A DNA stretch of 64,000 bases from the NCBI GenBank assembly GCA_036918135.1, contig JBALDB010000056.1:224001-288000 (forward strand), read 5' to 3'. The notes under the pieces were generated by a model, which saw nothing but the letters and a program-made list of their open reading frames with translations, ran no database searches and was not told the origin of the DNA. Positions 40,343 to 49,559 of this stretch are shown here, one piece after another (position 1 is the first letter of the stretch; every line of letters begins with the position of its first letter). This DNA comes from Nostoc sp. Its GTDB lineage: Bacteria > Cyanobacteriota > Cyanobacteriia > Cyanobacteriales > Nostocaceae. The translations under genes and the position numbers were made by a program.

Positions 40343-41638
40343 TTATCTATAATCCTGGTCTTGAATATTACGCAGACGTGCAGCATCACGAATGTTGTAG
40401 TCAGAACGAGTAAAGCGATTGAGTTGCATTTCAAAGAAATCTCGATTGGCTTGCAGGTGTTCGGGATCGGAGTCGTCTAAAGGATGTAAAAGTGCTGTTC
40501 GTAAAGCTTGAATTACCGCAGAAGTTACACAGTACATTGACCTTTGAAAACTAACACCTAGCTGAATCAACATATCATTTTCACCACGGCAATGTTTGCT
40601 GTAGTAATCAACAAGATAAGGTGGCAGAAAATGCAGCATGTCTTGCATTAATAATGTCGGCGGAATGCCAGCCGTACCTACTGGAAATACATCAGCGTAG
40701 AGAATCCCGTAGTGAAAATCTTTTTGGTCTTCTGGTACTTGACGCGCTTGAGCATTATAAGATTTTGTGCCGCGAAACGGAGCAGTGCGGTAGAAAACAG
40801 CTTCGACATAGGGTAAGGCTGCTTCATACAGCCACACAAAACCCTTGGATTTAGGAACAATTTCGTAGCATTCGCCGCGAATATAAACATGATGGTAAAT
40901 CGGGCGATCTGCAACCGCAAATATCCCATTGACTATAAAATTCATCGCCTCTGGAACGCTGGCGATTGTACCTTCATCATAGCGATCGGACATTTCAAAA
41001 AATACAGGTGCCATGACTTCCCAGAACAAGCCGAGATTAGCGTAATAAGACATCTGGCGGCATTGTTCCAAAAACATGTCTGGAAACAGCTTGTAAAGTC
41101 CCAGCATTACCGGGTTGCCTTGGAAGTAAGCTTTAATTGCCTTATCGGCGTTGGCTTTGTATTCTTCAGAATCTAAGTAAGGGTCAAATTTTCCGCCCAT
41201 ACCTCTATGCCACAGCATCGCCCGCATACAAGCTTCGGCAAATTCCATATTAATGCGATCGTGGAACAAATGATGTAATAACTTCGGCATTTTGAAGGTT
41301 TCACCTTTGTTAATAAATGCCAAAAGTTCTGGATGCACTGTGGCTTCGCCGCGCCAAACTCGTAAATCGGCATCATCGCCAGCGTAATGATTATGCAGTT
41401 CTAAATACTCTTTGGGCAAGAAGTATTTAAAGAAAGGTAACGGGTTTAAAAATACATGTTCGGCAATATAAAGCAAGTCGCGCCAGTAAAAGTCCATCGG
41501 CACTGCATAAGCTTTATATAAACCGATGATTTGCATTAAATTTTCTGGGGTATCTGGCAACATTGCACCGCCAGCTTCTAAGCGATGAATGACTTCGGCA
41601 AATTCATGTTTGGAAGGAGGTAATTGAATTGCTGTCAT
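40343..41638 (-). CDS. cupA: CO2 hydration protein CupA (ChpY)
   Basis: 431 aa; LEAGGAMLPDTPENL, DRINMEFAEACMRAMLWH and GTKSYNAQ; located in the ndhF3-D3 cluster. Confidence 0.93.
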   Translation of the reverse strand: MTAIQLPPSKHEFAEVIHRLEAGGAMLPDTPENLMQIIGLYKAYAVPMDFYWRDLLYIAEHVFLNPLPFFKYFLPKEYLELHNHYAGDDADLRVWRGEATVHPELLAFINKGETFKMPKLLHHLFHDRINMEFAEACMRAMLWHRGMGGKFDPYLDSEEYKANADKAIKAYFQGNPVMLGLYKLFPDMFLEQCRQMSYYANLGLFWEVMAPVFFEMSDRYDEGTIASVPEAMNFIVNGIFAVADRPIYHHVYIRGECYEIVPKSKGFVWLYEAALPYVEAVFYRTAPFRGTKSYNAQARQVPEDQKDFHYGILYADVFPVGTAGIPPTLLMQDMLHFLPPYLVDYYSKHCRGENDMLIQLGVSFQRSMYCVTSAVIQALRTALLHPLDDSDPEHLQANRDFFEMQLNRFTRSDYNIRDAARLRNIQDQDYR

Positions 41639-41639
41639 A

Positions 41640-42230
41640 TTAATCGATAGTTAGTGTAATTAATTGTTGACGTATTTTCAAAGCATGAAAAATGCTCAAA
41701 ACATCGTGTGTCCAAACTGGCAATATTAGCGTCATGATAATTTCTTCAACGCTGTAAATAGTGCCAGCAATACAAGTCAGCCATAAAGTAATTCCGGCGT
41801 AATCAAAACCGAATAAGGCAATAATGGCAATACAAAGAGTGATTCCCCAAAATTTCGCCGAGTAGGTGTGATAGCTAGCGGGTTTGCCATACTTCACTAA
41901 ATTAACTATCCACCACACCAATTGAGCAAAAATTACTATCAACAAAGGTACTCGATAAGTAATCAAAATATCTCGATATCCCAGCCAAGCACTCACAAAT
42001 ATGCAACCGAAAAGGCAAGTATCAGCCCAGCTATCAGCTTGCCGCAGTTGGGCAGTGCTAACACCCAACCGTCGGGCAATAATGCCATCGAAAATATCTG
42101 AGATAAAAGCTGCGACAAAACCAACGATAAACCAAACACTGGTTTCGCCATCTAGGGCATCCCACAGGAGGAAGGGAGATATTAAAAAGCGAAATAGTAC
42201 AAGACTAATGGGAATTAATTTCAGATTCAT
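41640..42230 (-). CDS. CDP-alcohol phosphatidyltransferase family protein
   Basis: SDIFDGIIARRLGVST...DSWAD motif; multi-pass membrane protein. Confidence 0.88.
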   Translation of the reverse strand: MNLKLIPISLVLFRFLISPFLLWDALDGETSVWFIVGFVAAFISDIFDGIIARRLGVSTAQLRQADSWADTCLFGCIFVSAWLGYRDILITYRVPLLIVIFAQLVWWIVNLVKYGKPASYHTYSAKFWGITLCIAIIALFGFDYAGITLWLTCIAGTIYSVEEIIMTLILPVWTHDVLSIFHALKIRQQLITLTID

Positions 42231-42262
42231 CTTTCCTCCTGTAGCGGTAGGTAATCTTTTGA

Positions 42263-43762
42263 CTACTTCAAAACTACTTGAGAGATTGCGGTTTTTTGCG
42301 GTGGGAGAATTGTGGCTACCATTGCTGTAGTTGTCGGTTCACTCCAACGTACTAACCAAGTAGGTTGGATTCCCAAAAAGATGATAAAAACTGCCAAAAT
42401 TAAAGCTGGTATTTTCTCAGACCACAAAACTTTCGGATAGTAGGCTAAGTTGTTATCGAGTTTGCCAAAACAGGTGCGGTTGAGGAGGATAACAAAATAG
42501 ACTGCGGTTAAGCCAGACGCCACAACACACAACAGTGTGGGGATAGGAAAGACAGAGAAACTACCCTGGAAAACAATAAATTCAGCAATGAATCCTGTCA
42601 AACCGGGAATACCGGCGCTAGCCATGCCGCTTAAAACTAGTAAGGCGCTAATTAAAGGTAAACCGCGTATGGGACTCATTAAGCCATTGAGTTTATCTAA
42701 CTCGCGCGTCCCGACTTTGGCTTCTACAACTCCAACCAAGTGGAAAAGAATTGCCAGGATTAGTCCGTGGCTAAACATTTGGGCGACAGCACCGACAAGT
42801 GCTAAGGAAGTACTGGCAGCACTAGCTAGCAAAACATAGCCCATGTGACCAATGGAACTGTATGCTACCATGCGCTTGATATCTTTTTGGGCGATCGCAA
42901 CTACTGCCCCATAGATAGCGCTAACTGCTCCCCAAATTGCCAAAGTTGGTGCGATAATGCTCCAAGTTTCGGGAAACATAGCCATCCCAAACCGCAATAG
43001 TCCATAAGTTCCCAACTTGGCTAACACCCCACCTAACAAAATGGCAATTGGTGCTGAAGCTTCAACGTAAGCATCCGGTAACCAAGTGTGGAAGGGAACC
43101 AGGGGAATTTTAATTCCAAAACCTAACACTATTCCTCCTAGTAAGAGGATTTGCATTCCTGTTGATAGGGTTTGAGTGGAGACTGCATCATAAGCAAAAC
43201 TAGTAGAACCAGTTAGCCACACTATACCTAAGAAGGTTGCCAGAATTAAAGCCCCTGAAACAGCCGTATAAATCAGAAACTTAATACCAGCATAAGCCCG
43301 TTTTTCTCCTCCCCAAATGGAAATCAACAAATAGAAGGGAATTAATTCTAGTTCGTAGAACAAAAAGAATAACAACAAATTCTCTGATAAGAATGCACCC
43401 GCCACCCCGCCACTCACTAATAAAATCATTGAGTAGAACAGGCGAGGACGTTCGGTTTGTTGACTACTGCTGTAAATAGCAACCCAGGTGAGTAGGCTAT
43501 TTAATACCACCATCAAAATTGATAGTCCATCAACTCCTAATTGATAGCTCAAACCTAGAGTTTCATTCCAAGGTAAATATTCTTGAAATTGCATTCCTGG
43601 ATTTTTGATATCGAATTTCAATAGAATAAATAAATTCCAGAGTAAGACGATTCCAGAAAAGCATAATGCTCCTAAACGAATTTGATTTGCTGGAAGACTT
43701 TTAGGGAGAAATGCTATGATAGCTGCCGCGCAGATTGGTAGTAAAATTAAAACACTTAACAT
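42263..43762 (-). CDS. ndhD3: NDH-1 subunit D3
   Basis: NuoM-like (FYELELIP, PFHTWLPDAYVEA, AYSSIGHMG) and adjacent to cupA. Confidence 0.9.
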   Translation of the reverse strand: MLSVLILLPICAAAIIAFLPKSLPANQIRLGALCFSGIVLLWNLFILLKFDIKNPGMQFQEYLPWNETLGLSYQLGVDGLSILMVVLNSLLTWVAIYSSSQQTERPRLFYSMILLVSGGVAGAFLSENLLLFFLFYELELIPFYLLISIWGGEKRAYAGIKFLIYTAVSGALILATFLGIVWLTGSTSFAYDAVSTQTLSTGMQILLLGGIVLGFGIKIPLVPFHTWLPDAYVEASAPIAILLGGVLAKLGTYGLLRFGMAMFPETWSIIAPTLAIWGAVSAIYGAVVAIAQKDIKRMVAYSSIGHMGYVLLASAASTSLALVGAVAQMFSHGLILAILFHLVGVVEAKVGTRELDKLNGLMSPIRGLPLISALLVLSGMASAGIPGLTGFIAEFIVFQGSFSVFPIPTLLCVVASGLTAVYFVILLNRTCFGKLDNNLAYYPKVLWSEKIPALILAVFIIFLGIQPTWLVRWSEPTTTAMVATILPPQKTAISQVVLK

Positions 43763-43882
43763 GGCTCTTTCAAGTTTAGTAAAAGTTAATTGTTTAGAGA
43801 CTGTTGACTGTTGCCAGTAACAGTCTACTTGGGTAAATCTGCAATTTATTTTGGCCTAATAGCTTATTGGACAAAAGATGAA

Positions 43883-44584
43883 TTAACTAACTAGACTAAT
43901 TTTGCCATTATCTAAATCGTAATAGCCACCAACTATTTTTAGTTTTTCGGCTTTGATTAGTTCAGATAGGACTGTTGAAGATTTAAGTTTAGCAACTTGC
44001 GCCAAAATATTTGCTTTGCAGACATTTTCTGTTTTATCTCCTGATTGTTCTTTGGAACTTTCAACACTTGGTCTAATTGCTTCTATTAAACTACCAATTT
44101 GTCCTGGTACAGGACTACCTTTGATAGCGGCTTGTACTGCACCGCATCTTTTATGCCCTACGACCATAATTATTCTCGAACCTAATATTAAGCTCCCAAA
44201 TTCTAGGCTGCCAATTTCTTCTGCTGTAGCTACATTCCCAGCTATTCGGCAAACAAATAAATCTCCCAGACCTTGGTCAAAAATAATCTCGGAAGGAACT
44301 CGTGAATCTGCACAACCGAGAACAGAAGCAAATGGCTTTTGACCTTTGGCGACTTCGTGTAAACGTGTAATACTTTGGTGGGGATTTTTACGCTTTGTTT
44401 TCACAAAGCGGTCGTTACCATCCATTAATTCTTGTAGTGCCTTATCAGGGGTAAGCTCATCTTTATCAGAAGTTTCTTGAGCTATAACTAAGTTGGAACC
44501 AACTCCTACTGTGACGACTCCTGTAGCGATCGCACCTGCACTGTATTTGAGTAAATTTCTTCTCGAAAGATTGTTTGTGGTCAT
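43883..44584 (-). CDS. Beta-class carbonic anhydrase with a twin-arginine signal (EcaB-like)
   Basis: SRRNLLK Tat motif; CADSR and GHKRCGAV zinc ligands. Confidence 0.93.
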   Translation of the reverse strand: MTTNNLSRRNLLKYSAGAIATGVVTVGVGSNLVIAQETSDKDELTPDKALQELMDGNDRFVKTKRKNPHQSITRLHEVAKGQKPFASVLGCADSRVPSEIIFDQGLGDLFVCRIAGNVATAEEIGSLEFGSLILGSRIIMVVGHKRCGAVQAAIKGSPVPGQIGSLIEAIRPSVESSKEQSGDKTENVCKANILAQVAKLKSSTVLSELIKAEKLKIVGGYYDLDNGKISLVS

Positions 44585-44657
44585 GGAATTTTTCTCACTG
44601 GATTAAAAAAGTAGAGATTTAATAAAGAAAGAATTCAGGAGTCAGAATTCATAATTA

Positions 44658-44763
44658 AGTAAGTCGGCACAATAAAACTAAATTATGTCAAGAAAAATTA
44701 ATTAGGCTAAAAGCCTCTTCCTTCCTGCCTCATCTCAACGATAAATTTTGCCACCGACCTACT
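44658..44763. mobile_element. TA-flanked MITE-like element
   Basis: TA-AGTAAGTCGG ... CCGACCTACT-TA. Confidence 0.65.
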
Positions 44764-44831
44764 TATTAAATTTTGGAGATTTGCAGATGAATATCCAGGA
44801 TTTTACTCAATAATTCTGGATATTACATTTT

Positions 44832-46691
44832 TCAAAACATCAGATTTAAGAACAAATTTCCCCAGTATCGCCAACTCAGAAATGCTCCTAATATGCCTAC
44901 TCCTAAGAGGACTGTGAAGGCATAAAACTGCGCTTGTCCAGTAGTGCTGTACTTGAGACTTTCACCACCCAACAGCGAAAACAAACCAACCATATTCACG
45001 ATGCCATCAACTACAAAGCGGTCAATCATATCGACAAGTTTAGAAAGTTGGGCAACGCCGAAAATAATAGTCATCCGGTAAAGTTTTGGCGTGTAAAAAT
45101 CGTATGCCACCAAATCTTGTAACCCTTTCCAAGGTAAGCGAATCGGTTTCGGAACATTGCCTAAATAAATCACGCCAGTGACACTACAACCAAAAAGAGT
45201 TGACCAAATTAACAGTAGTGCGACATCTTTATTAAGGATTGCCCAACTAGGTAACAGTGATAAGCTTTGCAACACTAAGGGAAGATGCAGAGTAAAGCCA
45301 AGTAAAATCATCATTGGTAAAACCATCGGCCAGTGAACTTCAGGCGATCGCTCGCTCATCTGTTGAGCTTTACCACCAAAAAGTAAACCGAATTCTCTGG
45401 TTAAACTCACGGCTGTTAAAGTATTGACAGTTATCACTACTCCCACTAACCAAGGATGAGTTCCCCACAGTCCATCTGCTAGTTCCAGCATCGCCCAAAA
45501 GCCACCGAGGGGAGGAAAACCAATTAATCCCAAACTTCCCACGATAAATGCTAGTCCCGAAATCGGGCGACGTTTCCACAATCCGCCTAACTGAGTTACG
45601 TCTTGGGTGATGCTATTCCAGATAATTCCGCCAGTACTCATTACCAACAAAGCTGCGGCGATCGCATTGGAGAGTACCAACAACAGTGCGGCTTCGTCTT
45701 GCTGCACTCCCACAGCGATGAACACCAAACCCATGTAGGCACTTACAGAATAAGATTGGCAGCGTTTGAGGTCGATTTGGGCGATCGCAATTAAAGAAGC
45801 ACCCACCGCTGTGACTGCACCAATCGCCACCATCGCAGAAGAAATTATCGGCGAGAGGGTCAACACAGGTTGGAGTTTAATTAACACCCATGCACCACTA
45901 GCAACTACTACCGAGTTCCGCAAAATTGTACTGGGAACAGGGCCTTCCATTGCCTCATCTAACCACAGGTGTAAGGGGAACTGGGCACATTTGCCCATCG
46001 GCCCGGCAATTAATGCTAAACCTACAAGCGTTATCACTGTCGGATTGACGTTAGCAGTAGTCGCCCATTCTGCTAATTCTGTATAATTCCAAGTCCCAGC
46101 CAGAGGCCATAATGCCAACACCCCCATCAGCAAGAATAAGTCTCCCACCCGCTTGGTTAGAAAAGCATCTCTGGCACCCGTGACTACCAATGGCTGACTA
46201 AACCATAACCCCACTAGTAAATAGGTTCCTAAAGTCAGGACTTCCAGAATTACATAGCTGAAGAACAAGTTGTTACATAGTGCCAAGGCACACAATCCCG
46301 CTTCAAATAATCCCAATAAAGAATAGAAGCGTCCCCAACCCCAGTCCATTTCCATGTAACCTATGGCATAAATCTGCGCTAGCAAATTCAAGCCAGTGAC
46401 AACAGCGATCGCACCCACACTCACTGAGGAAATTTCTAAGGCGATCGTTAGGTTTAGACCTGCTGTAGATAGCCAAGGTATAAATACTTGTTGAGATGGC
46501 TGATTCCAAGTTGCTTGTAATGCCAAGGCAGCATGAACAAATGCCAAAAATGTCATGATTAAGTTGACATAACCTGCCGGTCTTGGCCCCGTTTTAGAAA
46601 TTAAACCCGGCGACCAAGGCACCGCTAACAACCCACCTATTAAGGCATAGAAAGGAACTAGCCAAACAGTCTCCAATAGAAACTGAGCCAT
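44832..46691 (-). CDS. ndhF3: NDH-1 subunit F3
   Basis: KTGPRPAGY and GKCAQFPLHLWLDEAMEGP; upstream of ndhD3 and cupA. Confidence 0.92.
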   Translation of the reverse strand: MAQFLLETVWLVPFYALIGGLLAVPWSPGLISKTGPRPAGYVNLIMTFLAFVHAALALQATWNQPSQQVFIPWLSTAGLNLTIALEISSVSVGAIAVVTGLNLLAQIYAIGYMEMDWGWGRFYSLLGLFEAGLCALALCNNLFFSYVILEVLTLGTYLLVGLWFSQPLVVTGARDAFLTKRVGDLFLLMGVLALWPLAGTWNYTELAEWATTANVNPTVITLVGLALIAGPMGKCAQFPLHLWLDEAMEGPVPSTILRNSVVVASGAWVLIKLQPVLTLSPIISSAMVAIGAVTAVGASLIAIAQIDLKRCQSYSVSAYMGLVFIAVGVQQDEAALLLVLSNAIAAALLVMSTGGIIWNSITQDVTQLGGLWKRRPISGLAFIVGSLGLIGFPPLGGFWAMLELADGLWGTHPWLVGVVITVNTLTAVSLTREFGLLFGGKAQQMSERSPEVHWPMVLPMMILLGFTLHLPLVLQSLSLLPSWAILNKDVALLLIWSTLFGCSVTGVIYLGNVPKPIRLPWKGLQDLVAYDFYTPKLYRMTIIFGVAQLSKLVDMIDRFVVDGIVNMVGLFSLLGGESLKYSTTGQAQFYAFTVLLGVGILGAFLSWRYWGNLFLNLMF

Positions 46692-47097
46692 TAACTTACC
46701 TCTATATTTTCATCAAAAACTTGCAAATTTAAATCAACTAGCGTTGATCCCGGTTGATCCCGCTATTGAAAATATTGCAAATTTATCTTTTTTTAATTTT
46801 GTTAAAAAATAGCTTACCTTTATATTTGCCAAAAGTGAATTACTATATCTAAATAAATCTGAGATGCTTACTCTAAATAATTCTTATATAACGTAACTAT
46901 TTAATTAGTAAATTATAACTATTAATGTTTATCTATGAACGGTGTATTGGCGCAATCAATAGTAACCATTGATTTTCTCAGTTAATTATATAGCGCTTTT
47001 CATCTAAGTTAAATACATTACAGACTTTTCACGGCAATCCACTATAAATGACAAGAGACGCCATCGATGGCGTCTCTGAAAGTCGGTTAAATGCGAT

Positions 47098-47283
47098 CTA
47101 GATGTGGGTAGTTTTGTCAACCTGCCAGTGATAGATAGCGATTGCAGGTGATGAATTTATCTGGCTAATGGGGGCTGGTTGCATATCGCGGTAGTCCAGC
47201 AGTTGGACGAGGATGAGGTAGGCGATCGCTAAGATAATAGAAATCGCACCTGTAATAATCGCAACTATTTTCGAGCGGTTCAT
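47098..47283 (-). CDS. Small single-TM conserved cyanobacterial protein
   Basis: MNRSKIVAIITGAISIILAIAYLILVQLLDYRDMQPAP, with an AAGGA RBS. Confidence 0.7.
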   Translation of the reverse strand: MNRSKIVAIITGAISIILAIAYLILVQLLDYRDMQPAPISQINSSPAIAIYHWQVDKTTHI

Positions 47284-47360
47284 AAATATTTCCTTTAAAC
47301 TGTGATTATCTGTAGGCTAACCTACCGCAATACATCACATCTGGTACAAAAGTAAACAAC

Positions 47361-48350
47361 TCAGAGATTTTGCGATGATGGCGAACGCTCGAATTCACTG
47401 ACAATATCCCAGTTAACTTTTATGTATCCTAGTTCAATGTGGGTAAAGTGTGAATTCAACTGTTGATGAGCTGTGGGTAGAGCGTGAAATGGAATTGATG
47501 GGTATAAATGATGCTCTGCATGAAATGGCATATTCCACATCAAAAATTGTAGAGGAAAGAGCGTCAGGGTTGTACGGGTATTCGTCAACAGATTAGCATC
47601 AAGAGTACAACCTGTATGTTCTGCCAGTAGAATAAAACGCAGAATTGGTTGACCAATAAACAAAGGTAGCAGCCAGTAAAGCAGAAACCAAGGCTGACCC
47701 ACTATTATGGAAACAGCGATCGCTCCTGCATAAACAGCTAATTGCCAACGAGTCGAGCGAATAACTTCAGCTCGTGCTGTTTGTGGCACAAATGGGCAAT
47801 CATCAAGTTGACCAAGTGCAGTCCGAAAATGTCCACCAATCTTGCCTAACCACCAAGGTAAACCACTAATAATTAACAAGTATTTACCTAAATTGCTTGG
47901 TTTAAGGTCGGTCAGTTCTGGATCTTTGTCAGGAACACGAGTATAGCGGTGATGCCAGTTGTGGTAATAGAGATAAAATGTGCTGTTGTAAAATGAAAGC
48001 AAACCTGCACACCAAGCCACAATATCATTCAAACGATTGTTAGCAAAAGCAGTTCTGTGAATGCATTCATGCACAGGTGCGAACATAGAAGCCAGACAAA
48101 AGCCGTAGATTGCCAGTGCTGGTATTGCTAACAACCAATTACCAAAATTCATTGCCCAGACGTAACCACTGCATCCCATAACAGTCAGGTGTCCAGCCAA
48201 TTGAACTAACCCCTTCGAGTTATACCGATGATTCAAAACACTTAATTCTTGCATAGCGAGAATCTGGCGGGGTTTGTGCTGCTTTTCAGCTGCGTTTTCT
48301 AATAATTCAGCTTGAATAATTGCATCATTAAACATCATTTCAAACTCCAC
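47361..48350 (-). CDS. Fatty-acid-desaturase superfamily di-iron enzyme (MocD-like)
   Basis: His boxes HECIH, HNWHH and HAEHH. Confidence 0.88.
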   Translation of the reverse strand: MEFEMMFNDAIIQAELLENAAEKQHKPRQILAMQELSVLNHRYNSKGLVQLAGHLTVMGCSGYVWAMNFGNWLLAIPALAIYGFCLASMFAPVHECIHRTAFANNRLNDIVAWCAGLLSFYNSTFYLYYHNWHHRYTRVPDKDPELTDLKPSNLGKYLLIISGLPWWLGKIGGHFRTALGQLDDCPFVPQTARAEVIRSTRWQLAVYAGAIAVSIIVGQPWFLLYWLLPLFIGQPILRFILLAEHTGCTLDANLLTNTRTTLTLFPLQFLMWNMPFHAEHHLYPSIPFHALPTAHQQLNSHFTHIELGYIKVNWDIVSEFERSPSSQNL

Positions 48351-48553
48351 ATAGATAGATATAAGGATTAAACTCTGTGTTTACACCGTAGTAGAGAACC
48401 AGAGAGGTCAAATTCCAGCTATCGAACTCCTGCAAATAAATTAACCCATTTGTAGGAGGTAATGACCAAGACAATCAGTGTAGTTTACGTATTATCAGAC
48501 CAAAACAAGATGGTTTGAAGCAACGCAGAATTCATACAAGAGATATATTAACT

Positions 48554-48856
48554 ATGTTCAAGCCAAGATTCACTCGCTGTATAACAATAAAATTGCTAGT
48601 ATTTTCAACAGCTTTTTTCCTAGCTTGGGAGACTTCTGCTAACGCTCAACGAACTTTTCCTAGTCTGACTCCAGCACAAGCTCAACATTTATCTCGTGAC
48701 TTAGTTCCATCTAGCTCTGAGGAATTTTTTAGACAAGGAAAAAATTCTTTTGAAAGAGAAATTCAACTTCTCAGAAAAAGACAACTTTCTCCAAATAAAC
48801 CTATTCTCAAGAATAATTTGATAGAAGTTATTAAGAAACCATCTACTCAAGAGTAA
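48554..48856 (+). CDS. Hypothetical secreted protein
   Basis: Signal peptide ending SANA; SEEFFRQG...FEREIQ motif. Confidence 0.65.
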   Translation: MFKPRFTRCITIKLLVFSTAFFLAWETSANAQRTFPSLTPAQAQHLSRDLVPSSSEEFFRQGKNSFEREIQLLRKRQLSPNKPILKNNLIEVIKKPSTQE

Positions 48857-49234
48857 CCCTAATGAAATGAGTTCTAAATAAAAAATATCTCAGAGTACAA
48901 GCAGATAAGGCAAGGTAAATATAATGCGATCGCACCAGTTCTAAAAAAAGAGCGATCGCCGAAAATTAAATTAGTAAGTAGTTAAGCAAAATTAAATACA
49001 CACCCAATTAGGCAAGAGCCAGTTAGGCAATAAAATATAAACAATAAATAACGTTAAATAGTATAAAAATTTACCTAATTTTTATTACTTAATTCTTGTT
49101 TTGTGCATCCGGATTAGCCAATCCTTAGGTAAATTAAAAATAGATTATAAAGTTTTATTACATAATACGTAATTCCTACAAATAAAACTGAAGCACTAAT
49201 TGACAGTAAATTTTTTAACTTGAGGAAATAAGTT

Positions 49235-49453
49235 ATGAATGAAAGCATTGAGCCTAATGTTACTACTAACTCAGAACAATCTTGTCTACAAGAAGAGAAC
49301 ACAGAACCTAATGAGAATCAAACAATTGATACTGAGTTCAACGATCCAGAAAATTATCTTGTGCAGAAAGGCAAACCACCAGTAATAATTGCTGATGGAA
49401 CAATGAACCCTCCACCGACAAAAGAAGAGTTTTCCCCTGAGGTAATTGTCTAG
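49235..49453 (+). CDS. Small acidic hypothetical protein
   Basis: 72-aa ORF with a GAGGA RBS. Confidence 0.55.
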   Translation: MNESIEPNVTTNSEQSCLQEENTEPNENQTIDTEFNDPENYLVQKGKPPVIIADGTMNPPPTKEEFSPEVIV

Positions 49454-49559
49454 TTTTGGTGATTGATTGCCTTTACTAATTAGTAAGACAGGACTATTAC
49501 TGATTTTTCACTTTCCCAATATTTCATCTTCAAGTTGACTCTAAATTTTTTCCTAATTT

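Noticed and set aside
46860..46945. NdhR/CmpR (LysR) operator upstream of ndhF3
   Set aside because: Expected biologically, but the region is so AT-rich that no specific site can be supported by eye.
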